In this document: positions 1-9,084 of the stretch, one piece after another
How positions within the stretch are numbered: position 1 is the stretch's first letter
Layout of the letters: each line of letters begins with the position of its first letter
Source of the DNA: Dubosiella newyorkensis
GTDB lineage: Bacteria; Bacillota_I; Bacilli_A; Erysipelotrichales; Erysipelotrichaceae
Length of the DNA stretch: 32,000 nucleotides
Reading direction: 5' to 3'
Assembly (NCBI RefSeq): GCF_001945605.1
Contig: NZ_MPKA01000087.1
Span: forward strand, 1-32,000
Position numbers and translations under genes: made by a program
The notes under the pieces: model-generated
Databases searched by the model: none
Told to the model about the DNA's origin: nothing
The model's input: only the letters and a program-made list of their open reading frames with translations

Positions 1-161
1 TTCAGATATTTATCGACCGTTCTGCGATCGACATCGAGTTCACGGGCAATCTTGGATTTGTTCAATTTCAAAACACCCTCCTTCATAAGCGGCATAAGCT
101 TGTTCAAATCTGTCAAAGAATCAACACGCAACGAGTTGTTGATTGATAAAGTAATGATCAT
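1..161 (-). CDS. N-terminal part of an HTH DNA-binding protein; IS21-family IstA-like transposase N-terminus suspected. The gene continues beyond the window start
   Basis: Minus-strand ATG at 161-159 follows GGAGG (171-167). The translation MIITLSINNSLRVDSLTDLNKLMPLMKEGVLKLNKSKIARELDVDRRTVDKYL stays open to position 1. The SKIAREL-VDRRTV-KYL helix-turn-helix matches the pattern I recall at IstA N-termini. It is missing from the ORF track because the window edge truncates it. Confidence 0.5.
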   Translation of the reverse strand, partial: MIITLSINNSLRVDSLTDLNKLMPLMKEGVLKLNKSKIARELDVDRRTVDKYL

Positions 162-208
162 AAAATCCTCCCTGCAAATAAGAGAATTTTACAATCTTTT
201 TTTAGAAA

Positions 209-3200
209 TTGTACATATTTATCTCATCGTTTATGTACATATTTATCTTATCGTCTACAGCGCAGGACAAAGCATCGCCGAAGATTGAAAAAGTCCAAGA
301 GGCGGCAGAGGGGCTATCGAAAACCGACATTGAAACTAAGATCGAAGCGGTCGACAAAGCGACCAGCAAGATCGAAAAGATCAAAGCGACCGCTTCAGGT
401 ATCGCGAAAAAACCGTTCGAGATCATTGCAACCATAAGAGACAAAGCAACGAGCAAGCTAGATTCGATCAAAACAAAAGCGGTGGCCATAGCTAAAAACC
501 CCCATATCCTTGTTGTGCAAGCAAAGGATGCCGCTGGCAACATCTTGGATGGGATCAAAAACAAGCTGAAAGGTCTGCAGAAAGAGGCTGATGATACGAG
601 CCGAAGCATGAGCGCCATTAAATTCGGCGCGCTCATGGAAGTCGGTAAAAAAGGTATTGGTTTGATCACGAGTCAATTTTCGGGATTCGTTGGAGAAATG
701 AACAACTCAAGCAAAGCCTGGAAGACATTCGAGGGGAATATGAAGGCTTTTGGAGCTTCAAGCGGAGAGATCGAGCGTGTAAGAGGGACACTATCCAAAT
801 TTGCGACAGAGTCTATATATAGCGCTTCCGACATGGCTAGCACGTATTCCCAGCTTTCGGCGGTCGGTATAAAAAACTGTGACAAGCTCGTCACCGGGTT
901 TGGCGGCCTTGCGGCAGCAGCTGAAAGCCCTCAGCAGGCTATGAAAACGTTGAGTCAGCAAGCGACACAGATGGCGGCAAAGCCAACTGTTGCCTGGGCG
1001 GATTTCAAGCTCATGCTTGAACAAACACCGGCAGGAATCGCCGCTGTCGCAAAACAGATGGGCATGACCACATCCGAGCTGATTTCCAATGTGTCAGAAG
1101 GGACCGTCGCGACGCAAGATTTCTTTGACGCCATTTCAGCTGTTGGTAACAATGACGCCTTCGGTAAAATGGCCACCCAGTATAAAGGTGTGGATGAGGC
1201 GATGCAGGGGCTGATGGAAACACTGCAAGTCAAACTTGCTCCGGCATTTGATAAGCTAAGCCAGGTGGGGATCGATGCGATTTCCAAGCTCGCGGACGTC
1301 ATCGACAGCTTCTCTCTAGATCGGTTTTCAACGGTCATCAACAATGTTAAAAAGACGTGGGACAATTTCAAAAACGGATTTTTAAATACTGGCGCTATAG
1401 AGGCTGTAAAGGCCGCATTTAACGGTTTGGGGGATATGATCGGAAGGGTGGCTACCTCCTTGTCTGGCGATGCGGCGAATGGAGCGAAAACGTTCGGGGA
1501 AGTCATCGGATCGGTGGCGCGCTTTATTGCGGATGCCGTAACGGCTATCGCGGATTTAGATGCAAAAACAGGCGGAGTCGTCGGCAAACTCGCGGCTGGC
1601 GTTGGCGCCGTCATGCTTTTTTGCGGATCGTTCAATAGATTGAAATCCCTCGCATCTGGCGCTCTCGGAAGCGTTTTTTCTTTATTGAAAAAAGCATTAC
1701 CGAATCCATTCAAAAAATTGCCATCGGGGGCAGCGCCGCCATTAAATCAAACAAAAAGCAAAGTGGCGCAATGCGTCGACTCCATTGGAAATATGTTTAA
1801 GGGTATTGGCACCGGGATCAGCACGGCGTTCAAAGGGGTCGGAAAAGGAATCAGCACGGCGTTCCGTGGCATTTCTTCGGCTATCTCTAGTTTGAATCCG
1901 GTTGGAGTGCTGGCATTTGCTGGAGTGGTCGCCACCCTGACGGCGGCGTTCCTTGCGTTGGCCGCGTGTAAAGATATCGTGTTGCCGTTCCTTCAGGGGC
2001 TGGCCGATATTATGACTGGCGTACTAAATACCGCAGTTCAAATTTTTGTGGAAGCGCTGAATCAGTTGGCTCCGATACTGCCAATCATCGCAGAATCATT
2101 GGCGAAGCTATCTCCATTAGTCACGGCTTTTGGGGAAGCGCTTTCGGCGGTAATCGAAGCCATTGGCACGGCTATCGCTACGATCGTTGAGGCTTTGACG
2201 CCAGTGATCGAGATCATCGCAAACATGTTCACGAATATCGTTCAGATCATCGCGAATGCGATTACACAAATTATTTCAGTATTGGCTCCATACATTCCGG
2301 AAGTAACAAAAATGGTGGAAGCGACCAGCCAAGCCGTACAAGCAATTTGCGACGCATTTACGAACCTCGTTAATCAAGTCAACCCAGCGTTGGAGAACTT
2401 GAGAAACATTGTTGAAACCGTATTCAGTGGTGTCTGCGACGTCTTGAATGAGTTTAAAGGGATCGTCGACTCGGTGTTCGAAGGCGTTTCGGGTGTTTTC
2501 GAATCGTTTGGAAATATGGTCAATAATGTCTTGTCTGGTGTGGCGAGTGTGATCGACTCGATCGGTAATGCATGCCTGAATGCGGGAAAAGGGTTTGACC
2601 TTTTGGCACGGGGAGTGGAAAGGTTGACGGGGCTCAATCTGTTTGATATGGGTGCGAGCCTAGCAGCTGTCGCGACAGGCGTAGGGGCTATTGCTGCAAA
2701 TGCTTTGAACCTAGGCGATACCGGAGCACAGATGCAGTTATTGGCGACTGGACTTACTATGATTGCAAACAATGTAGAAAGCATAGTTTCAGCAAGCGCA
2801 CAGATGCCTCAAGTTGTTGCCCAGTTCCAGAATATGAGTACCTTGAGCGGGCCATTGTCCTCTGCGTCATCAGCCTTGACTAGCTTTGCTGCCTCGGCTG
2901 CTGCAGCCGGAGTTCTTCTGGTGGCGGCGAGCGCAAGCATGGCGATCCTTGGATCTGCTGTGAAAACATGCGCTTCGTCTATGTCGTCTTTAAACGGTCC
3001 GGTTCAAGCTTTATCAACCGGACTGCAAAGCCTTGGAAGTATGATTACCGCAGCGATCTCTCGCTTTGCTTCGCTGTCCTCTTCGGCAATATCTTCTTTT
3101 GCCCAAGTCGGACAGGGGGCTGTAAAAGGGACAAGCCAAGTTAAATCCGCCTTAAACCAAATGATCCAGGCGATGAATCAAGCAGCGAATAAAGCAAAAA

Positions 3201-3781
3201 GTGCAGGAACACAGATCGGGAACGGGATCTCCAATGGAGTGCGTTCTGGAATGGCTAAACTGCCTTCGATCGCTTCTAGCGCTTTAGCATCGATGTTTAA
3301 TGTTTTGAGCGCCGCTAGAGGGCGGGCTTATTCCTGTGGAGCGTATATTGGTCAAGGACTCGCTTCTGGACTGAATGCGTCTGTGGGTGCGGTCCAAGCT
3401 GCAGCCGCACGACTGGCAGCGGCGGCCGATGAAGCCATCCGGGCGAAGGCTCGGATCAATTCGCCTTCTAAGGTTACGGCCGAGGATGGGCGGTATATTG
3501 GACTGGGACTAGTAAAAGGAATCGAAGGGACATATCGGCAAGTCCAAGGCGCGATCGACAACATCATGGATCTAACTGCTATGGCCGCGGATCCAATGGC
3601 ATTTGCATTCGCGGGCGGGCAATTCACACAGGCGTCGGATTACTCGTATGGGATCAATGTCGCCGTAGATGTTCCACTCTATGTAAACGGTCGTGAATTC
3701 GCAAAAGCGACCTCGGAAGACTACGAGGATGTCACAGAGAAACGATCGAAATTTTTGAAAAAAATGAAAGGAGAACGATAA
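209..3781 (+). CDS. Phage tail tape-measure protein, 5' end apparently truncated or interrupted
   Basis: 1190-codon ORF, Ala/Gly/Ser-rich with long hydrophobic stretches and N-terminal DKATSKIE-IK-type coiled repeats. The motif ESIYSASDMASTYSQLSAVGI is typical of TP901-type tape-measure cores, and the gene sits directly upstream of Dit/Tal. The ORF-track start at 209 is a TTG without SD inside the 24-bp repeats. No credible start exists before about residue 130. Confidence 0.85.
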   Translation: MYIFISSFMYIFILSSTAQDKASPKIEKVQEAAEGLSKTDIETKIEAVDKATSKIEKIKATASGIAKKPFEIIATIRDKATSKLDSIKTKAVAIAKNPHILVVQAKDAAGNILDGIKNKLKGLQKEADDTSRSMSAIKFGALMEVGKKGIGLITSQFSGFVGEMNNSSKAWKTFEGNMKAFGASSGEIERVRGTLSKFATESIYSASDMASTYSQLSAVGIKNCDKLVTGFGGLAAAAESPQQAMKTLSQQATQMAAKPTVAWADFKLMLEQTPAGIAAVAKQMGMTTSELISNVSEGTVATQDFFDAISAVGNNDAFGKMATQYKGVDEAMQGLMETLQVKLAPAFDKLSQVGIDAISKLADVIDSFSLDRFSTVINNVKKTWDNFKNGFLNTGAIEAVKAAFNGLGDMIGRVATSLSGDAANGAKTFGEVIGSVARFIADAVTAIADLDAKTGGVVGKLAAGVGAVMLFCGSFNRLKSLASGALGSVFSLLKKALPNPFKKLPSGAAPPLNQTKSKVAQCVDSIGNMFKGIGTGISTAFKGVGKGISTAFRGISSAISSLNPVGVLAFAGVVATLTAAFLALAACKDIVLPFLQGLADIMTGVLNTAVQIFVEALNQLAPILPIIAESLAKLSPLVTAFGEALSAVIEAIGTAIATIVEALTPVIEIIANMFTNIVQIIANAITQIISVLAPYIPEVTKMVEATSQAVQAICDAFTNLVNQVNPALENLRNIVETVFSGVCDVLNEFKGIVDSVFEGVSGVFESFGNMVNNVLSGVASVIDSIGNACLNAGKGFDLLARGVERLTGLNLFDMGASLAAVATGVGAIAANALNLGDTGAQMQLLATGLTMIANNVESIVSASAQMPQVVAQFQNMSTLSGPLSSASSALTSFAASAAAAGVLLVAASASMAILGSAVKTCASSMSSLNGPVQALSTGLQSLGSMITAAISRFASLSSSAISSFAQVGQGAVKGTSQVKSALNQMIQAMNQAANKAKSAGTQIGNGISNGVRSGMAKLPSIASSALASMFNVLSAARGRAYSCGAYIGQGLASGLNASVGAVQAAAARLAAAADEAIRAKARINSPSKVTAEDGRYIGLGLVKGIEGTYRQVQGAIDNIMDLTAMAADPMAFAFAGGQFTQASDYSYGINVAVDVPLYVNGREFAKATSEDYEDVTEKRSKFLKKMKGER
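210..257. repeat. Tandem 24-bp direct repeat, two copies, 22/24 identical
   Basis: Copy 1 is TGTACATATTTATCTCATCGTTTA (210-233) and copy 2 is TGTACATATTTATCTTATCGTCTA (234-257). Each begins with the palindrome TGTACA. This could be a transposase or regulator binding array. Confidence 0.9.
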
Positions 3782-3782
3782 A

Positions 3783-5324
3783 ATGTATGAATTTCACGAT
3801 TTAATGCCTGCCACTAAAGGCGAGGTCAAAGATCGTATGGCTGAATCCTTCTCCTTTAACGGGGTCTGGATCGAAGACGAGATACCACAATTCGTCGTGA
3901 CCGGAACGACCGGTCGTGAGCTGATGGAAGCCGAACTTGATACTTTCGAGGTCGGCTTTTCCAACGGCTCTAAATACAGAAAAAAGCGCTATCCGGAAAG
4001 AAAGATCACAGTGCATTACATGATGGGCGCGCAAACAGATCACGATTTTCGGCAGGCTTATAACAAGCTGAACGCCCTGCTTGATCCAGAGCAGGCGCAG
4101 CTTATCTTTGCCGATGAACCGGATAAATACTTTGTGGCGACAAAAACCGAAAACTCGACCGTAGAACCAGGCAAGAATTTTGTTGTCGGCGAGATCGTGT
4201 TTACTTGTACAGATCCTTTGAAGTATTCTACCGTCACTAAGTCGTTTACAGCCACTCTGATCGAGGGAGTGCTTACCGCAAACATCGAAAATAAAGGAAC
4301 CGCAGCAGTCCCGATCGATTACAAGATCCACATGAACCATGAAAATGGATACATCGGGATCGTTTCGGAATCAGGGGCCATGCAGTATGGAAAAAAAGAA
4401 GAGGCGGACGGCAAGATCGTGGAAATGAATGAACGACTCTTGACCATGACAAACTTTTTTAACAAAGCAGATGATGGCGCATCCGGCGTGGACTATATGC
4501 ATCCAAACTATGATGCAACAGGAACTTTAGCTGTTGTCAATTGGTGGGATCAACAATGGCTTAGCTTTGGCAGTGCCGGCCCGAATCCAGGACAGGCTAT
4601 GACAGGTGGTCAGCGCACTGTAGCGGTACCTGCCGATTCGAATGGACACGTAGGGGCGAAGAATTTTTACTCTTACTTTTTTGTGGTTATGTGGGCTGGT
4701 CTGATGGGGCAAGTTGGAGAGTTTAACATCAATTGGTTGACAGCCGATAATAAACAGATTGCCGGTGTCAACTGGTATAAACAAGATCTCTCTGGTAATA
4801 CCGCCCACTACGAGTTATGGAGCGATGGAAAGATCCTTGCGACTTACTCATACGAATCCAGTCATGAAACCAACAAGAACCCTTGGTGGAGAACAAATGG
4901 GCACTGCGATCTGCGAAAAGTCGGCCGAAAGCTTACTTTCTACTGGTGGGCAACGTACCCATCATTCGAGATCCCCGAAATTGAAAACTGGGAATGCGCC
5001 AAAATCTCAATGGCATTCAAATGCCATCCGGTTTATCGGAACAGGTTGGTTACTCATATGGGTATCCGAAGCTTTATCTTTGATAAGCTAGGTGTACAGC
5101 ACTGGAAGGACGTACCGAACCGATATCCAGGAAACGCTGATATGATCGTGAAAGGCAACGAGGGCAAGATGTATTTTAGAGGGATGCCGAGGCCGCAGGA
5201 TGAGATGACGGGCACCAAGTACTTTCTGGCCAAACCGGGTGTAAATAAGGTTGAGTTTTATCACTCGTCTTTTAGTTCACCGGCGCCGACGATCACTGCA
5301 GAAATCAGGGAGGCATGGTTATGA
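3783..5324 (+). CDS. Distal tail protein (Dit, Sipho_tail family) with a long C-terminal extension
   Basis: ATG lies 2 nt after the tape-measure stop. The N-terminal pattern FSFNGVW...ITVHYMM...FTCTDPLKYS matches siphovirus distal tail proteins. At 513 aa it is about twice the minimal Dit size. Confidence 0.75.
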   Translation: MYEFHDLMPATKGEVKDRMAESFSFNGVWIEDEIPQFVVTGTTGRELMEAELDTFEVGFSNGSKYRKKRYPERKITVHYMMGAQTDHDFRQAYNKLNALLDPEQAQLIFADEPDKYFVATKTENSTVEPGKNFVVGEIVFTCTDPLKYSTVTKSFTATLIEGVLTANIENKGTAAVPIDYKIHMNHENGYIGIVSESGAMQYGKKEEADGKIVEMNERLLTMTNFFNKADDGASGVDYMHPNYDATGTLAVVNWWDQQWLSFGSAGPNPGQAMTGGQRTVAVPADSNGHVGAKNFYSYFFVVMWAGLMGQVGEFNINWLTADNKQIAGVNWYKQDLSGNTAHYELWSDGKILATYSYESSHETNKNPWWRTNGHCDLRKVGRKLTFYWWATYPSFEIPEIENWECAKISMAFKCHPVYRNRLVTHMGIRSFIFDKLGVQHWKDVPNRYPGNADMIVKGNEGKMYFRGMPRPQDEMTGTKYFLAKPGVNKVEFYHSSFSSPAPTITAEIREAWL

Positions 5325-8300
5325 TCAAACTCACATCTCGAATTGCAATTCTAGACCAGAATGATACTGTTGTGGCTTTCCTGGACAATAACGTTCCTGA
5401 TGGTCTTCCTTTCTGGGATGATGAGCTACACGAGTATCTGGAAGGAACGAGCAACACGTTTACTTTTAAAACGGACGCAAAGCATCCCGACTCTTTGCAC
5501 CTTGTTGAGGGCTATAAGATCGCTTTTAAAACCGATCGCAGAGACTACTATCTCAATATCATGATCGTGCATCGCGACGAGAACGAAGTCGAGATCGAAG
5601 CGTGGTCCACGAACCTGGAATTGCTGAACGAACAGGTTTCGGGAATCGATCCGGGAGAGGCGCATTCGTTTTTGTGGTATAAGAATAAGTTTGATCCTGA
5701 AAACACCGTGCAGATCGGCTTAAACGAGGTCAGCGACAAGCAAATAAAGAACAAATGGGACGGCGAAAACACCGTCCTTTCTCGTTTATACAGTTTGGCC
5801 AACGTGTTTGATGCCGAGCTCGAATTTGTGCCGCAGCTCAATCAGGATTACTCCTTGAATAAGATCGTTATGAACGTATATCGTGCGCATTCCGACACCG
5901 TACAAGGCATTGGAAAAGCGAATGTCTCTAACCTTGTGTACGGCCGTGAGATCAAAGGAATCAAGAAAACAAGCGATATCACCGACCTGTATACCTGCAT
6001 CTATCCACATGGCGGAACGATCGAAGGCAGCGATTCCAAGATTGATATATCGGGCGTTAGTCATACGGTTAAAGATAAAGATGGAAGAGTCGAATTCTTT
6101 ACGGATGGTGCATTGATCCGTGCGCCTCTCGCTCGTGATCGTTTCCCGTCTTTTATGAGCAAATCACAGGACCGCTATGTCCTTGTCCACTGGGATTGCG
6201 ATGTTACGGATAAGGAAATGCTGTATGGTCGAGCACTAGCCGAGCTGAAAAAGAACTGCACGCCGAAGGTCACTTACGAAATCGAAGGCTATGCAGATAC
6301 TGGAATCGGCGATACGGTGCGGATCACAGACGAGGAGTACAACCCGATCTTGTACTTGGAAGCACGTGTGACGGAGCAGGTGCGAAGCATCACCGATGAA
6401 TCAAGAAATAAAACGATTTACTCGAACGTCGAGGTCTTGAAGTCAGAAGTCGATTCGTCCTTGATGGCACGAGTCGAAGCTTTGATCAAAGAAAACAAGG
6501 TATACATCGGGCAGATCATGAGCGACAACGGCATCCAGTTTGTCAACGGGGAAGGTAGTACGACACTGACCGCGCAGGTCATGGATGGCGTCGTTGACAT
6601 TGCTGATCAGTATCAAATCGTGTGGAAGAAAGATGGAACACAGATCGCTACAACAAAAACAATCATCGTTTCTTCTGGCGATTTTGGCGCGCAAGCCGTA
6701 TACGGCTTTGAGGCGATCAAGGACAGCAAGATATATGCACGGGCCGAGGTAACATTGACCAATGTGCATGACGGTGTGACGCCAGAGCCTCTTTACTTGC
6801 ATATTCGCTATTCGAACGATGGAGGGCAGACCTTTACTGGCAACAGTGGCAAGACGGAAGGCAAATGGATGGGGCAGTATAGCGATCATCTGGAAGCGGA
6901 CAGCGAAAAGCCGAGCGACTACACCTGGGCAAAGATCCGAGGCGATGATGGGCAGTCTCTCGTGAGCATGACGAGGGAATTTTACATGTCGACCAGCAAC
7001 ACAGCTCAAGAGGGCGGATCATGGAGCGCTACTCCACCGACATTTGATGCAGCTAAATATCTTTGGGTGCGGTTTAAGGCTGTCTATAAAAACCCGGACG
7101 CTATTGCTTACTCTGATCCTGAGCTTGACGGCACATGGAGCGCCACACTGCAGGCAATCGACACCGCCAATCAGGCAGCGACAAGCGCAAGCAACGCAAG
7201 CCAGAGCGCACAGAATGCAGCGCAGCAGGCCGGAGAAGCCGTTAATAAAGCGCAGGAGATCGAGCAGGAGATCGGCCCGATCAAGACCGGAATCCAGGAA
7301 GCGAAAGATGCGGCGGCCGAAGCAAAGCAGGATGTGGCGGATGCGACCGAACAAATCCTTTTGGATATTTCGGGATCATATGCGACAAAGAGCGAAATGG
7401 CAGACATGGAAGGCGATCTGCAAACGCAGATCACGGCGAACGCCGACGGGCTGAAAAGCAAGGTATCGAACACAGAGTACCAGCAAAACAAGGATGCGAT
7501 TGACGCGGAGTTGCTCAAACAAAATCAGGCTCTCCAAAAGGCGCAATCGAACCTTGCGGAGCTGCAATCCAATCAATCGGAAGCGAACCAAAAGCTCACT
7601 AAGGCCGAAGCAGACTTGAAAGCAGCCAAAGACGCTGTGACCGCACTCGAATCTGACCAGGCGACGACCACGGAACAGCTGAACGCCGCTAAAACGGCAC
7701 TCAATGCCGCACAGCAAGCGGTGGACAAAGCGCAGGCTGACGTGACACAGGCGAAAAAAGACATCGCCACAGCGCAGGGGCAGATCAGCGGGATCCAGGA
7801 TGGCATCACGGACTTGACAAGCCGGATAACGACGGCGGAAACAGGAATTGAGCAGAACTCGCAGGCGATTGCTTTACGGGCGACGAAGACCGAAGTCAAT
7901 ACGGCGATCCAAGGGGCGAAGGACTACACCGATGCCCAACTCAAGGTGGAGGCGGGCAAGATCACGCAGTCGGTCAACTCGGTTAGTACGAAGGTCGACA
8001 AGCTCACATCGCAAAAACAAGAAACTTATTACTACCAATCCACATCCAACACCACACAAACAGGAGGATCGTGGAGCACGACCAAACCAAGCGAAGCATC
8101 TGGAAAATACATCTGGATGAAGATCAAGTTTACTTTCGTCGACGGAACGACAAGCGAAACATCACCAATCTGTATGACGGGTGCTACTGGAGCGCCGGGA
8201 AGCCCGGGTGCAACAGGGAAGGGTGTTAAGTCTACGGCAATCACTTACCAATCCGGCACATCGGGTACGACAGCGCCAACAGGATCGTGGAACGCTACGG

Positions 8301-9070
8301 TGCCAGCAGTAAGCCAAGGTCAATATCTCTGGACGAGGACGATCCTCACCTATACAGACAACACGACAAGTACAAGCTATTCTGTATCCTACATCCCTAA
8401 AAACGGGACCAACGGCACCAATGGTACATCTGTGACTGTATCGAGCACATCGGTTACTTATCAAAAGTCTTCGAGCGGAACTACTGCACCTACTGGTACA
8501 TGGGTTAATTCGCCTCCTGCAACAAATGCAGGCGAATATCTATGGACGAAAACGGTTGTCAATTATTCGGATGGAAAATCTACGACCGCTTACAGTGTGT
8601 CTAGAAACGGTTCTAATGGTACAAACGGAACCAATGGTACTTCTGTTACTGTCAAAAGCACAGCCGTCACTTATCAGGCAGGTGCTTCTGGGACAACGGT
8701 TCCTACTGGCACTTGGTCAACAACGATTCCGACGGTTCCGGTCGGACAGTTTTTGTGGACGAGAACGATCGTCACTTATTCGGACAACAAAACGACCACG
8801 AGCTATTCCGTATCAAGGCAAGGGACAGATGGGACAGATGCTTTTCTGATCGTCTACGACACGCCAAACGGATTGGAGTTTACCGCCTCACAAAAGACCT
8901 TGACCATTACAGCCAAGGTTTTTAAAGGCGGTAAAGAGCTTACCGACACTCAAGTCAACGCTTTCGGTGCGATCAAGTGGTATCAAGTCGGAGTGGCTGC
9001 AGCGATCGCAACGGGCAAGACATTGACCCTTACAACGCCGAAAGAAGTCTATGCGACGCTGGAGAATTAG
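5321..9070 (+). CDS. Tail-associated lysin-like / tail fibre protein (Tal; phage minor structural protein N-terminal region) with a coiled-coil and repeated C-terminal modules
   Basis: ATG 5321 overlaps the Dit stop as ATGA and lies 7 nt after AGGGAGG; the ORF-track ATG at 5315 is only 1 nt from the SD. The N-terminus MIKLTSRIAILDQNDTVVAFLDN...YYLNIMIV resembles the prophage-tail family. A long Ala/Gln/Glu coiled-coil spans about 7140-8020, followed by four or five YxxSxSGTTxPTGxWSxxxPxxxxGxYLWTRT modules. Confidence 0.8.
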   Translation: MIKLTSRIAILDQNDTVVAFLDNNVPDGLPFWDDELHEYLEGTSNTFTFKTDAKHPDSLHLVEGYKIAFKTDRRDYYLNIMIVHRDENEVEIEAWSTNLELLNEQVSGIDPGEAHSFLWYKNKFDPENTVQIGLNEVSDKQIKNKWDGENTVLSRLYSLANVFDAELEFVPQLNQDYSLNKIVMNVYRAHSDTVQGIGKANVSNLVYGREIKGIKKTSDITDLYTCIYPHGGTIEGSDSKIDISGVSHTVKDKDGRVEFFTDGALIRAPLARDRFPSFMSKSQDRYVLVHWDCDVTDKEMLYGRALAELKKNCTPKVTYEIEGYADTGIGDTVRITDEEYNPILYLEARVTEQVRSITDESRNKTIYSNVEVLKSEVDSSLMARVEALIKENKVYIGQIMSDNGIQFVNGEGSTTLTAQVMDGVVDIADQYQIVWKKDGTQIATTKTIIVSSGDFGAQAVYGFEAIKDSKIYARAEVTLTNVHDGVTPEPLYLHIRYSNDGGQTFTGNSGKTEGKWMGQYSDHLEADSEKPSDYTWAKIRGDDGQSLVSMTREFYMSTSNTAQEGGSWSATPPTFDAAKYLWVRFKAVYKNPDAIAYSDPELDGTWSATLQAIDTANQAATSASNASQSAQNAAQQAGEAVNKAQEIEQEIGPIKTGIQEAKDAAAEAKQDVADATEQILLDISGSYATKSEMADMEGDLQTQITANADGLKSKVSNTEYQQNKDAIDAELLKQNQALQKAQSNLAELQSNQSEANQKLTKAEADLKAAKDAVTALESDQATTTEQLNAAKTALNAAQQAVDKAQADVTQAKKDIATAQGQISGIQDGITDLTSRITTAETGIEQNSQAIALRATKTEVNTAIQGAKDYTDAQLKVEAGKITQSVNSVSTKVDKLTSQKQETYYYQSTSNTTQTGGSWSTTKPSEASGKYIWMKIKFTFVDGTTSETSPICMTGATGAPGSPGATGKGVKSTAITYQSGTSGTTAPTGSWNATVPAVSQGQYLWTRTILTYTDNTTSTSYSVSYIPKNGTNGTNGTSVTVSSTSVTYQKSSSGTTAPTGTWVNSPPATNAGEYLWTKTVVNYSDGKSTTAYSVSRNGSNGTNGTNGTSVTVKSTAVTYQAGASGTTVPTGTWSTTIPTVPVGQFLWTRTIVTYSDNKTTTSYSVSRQGTDGTDAFLIVYDTPNGLEFTASQKTLTITAKVFKGGKELTDTQVNAFGAIKWYQVGVAAAIATGKTLTLTTPKEVYATLEN
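8027..8841 (+). repeat. Four tandem coding modules of about 68-71 aa inside Tal, separated by short collagen-like Gly-X-Y / NGT triplet spacers
   Basis: Modules start at about 8027, 8225, 8429 and 8642, giving periods of 204 and 213 nt. Spacers are GATGAPGSPGATGKG, NGTNGTNGT, NGSNGTNGTNGT and QGTDGTDA. A more divergent copy lies at about 6980-7130. Confidence 0.8.
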
Positions 9071-9084
9071 AAAGGAGTGAGAGA

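Larger units (their letters stand above)
1..259 (-). mobile_element. Putative terminal segment of an insertion sequence (IS21-like) lying immediately 5' of, and apparently interrupting, the tape-measure gene
   Basis: A reverse-oriented HTH/transposase-like gene sits in an otherwise co-directional tail module. The minus strand reads TGTAGACGATAAGATAAATATGTACA TAAACGATGAGATAAATATGTACA, so it starts with TG at 259-258 and carries two subterminal direct repeats. IS21-family ends are known to have TG termini and multiple repeats. The other end and any target duplication lie outside the window. Confidence 0.35.

Noticed and set aside
52-288. 78-aa plus-strand ORF at the window start
   Set aside because: It is antisense to the better-supported HTH gene, runs across the 24-bp tandem repeats, and lacks an SD.
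202-3627. Many antisense and alternative-frame ORFs inside the tape-measure gene (e.g. 955-1713 -, 2374-2784 -, 3352-3627 -)
   Set aside because: They are fully nested in a 1190-codon gene with clear family motifs. Ala/Gly/Ser-rich coding DNA keeps other frames open by composition. I saw no SD sequences for them.
8150-8850. Regularly spaced repeats that might suggest a CRISPR-like or minisatellite array
   Set aside because: The periodicity is 204-213 nt and lies in-frame within a long ORF. Conservation is at the protein level with synonymous divergence. These are coding domain repeats, not a CRISPR array.
5361-8925. Nested ORFs inside the Tal gene (e.g. 6443-7009 -, 7044-7454 +, 7171-7518 -, 8526-8849 +)
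   Set aside because: Same reasoning. The Arg/Ser/Cys-rich nonsense-like translations are typical of out-of-frame reads of a coiled-coil or repeat-coding region.
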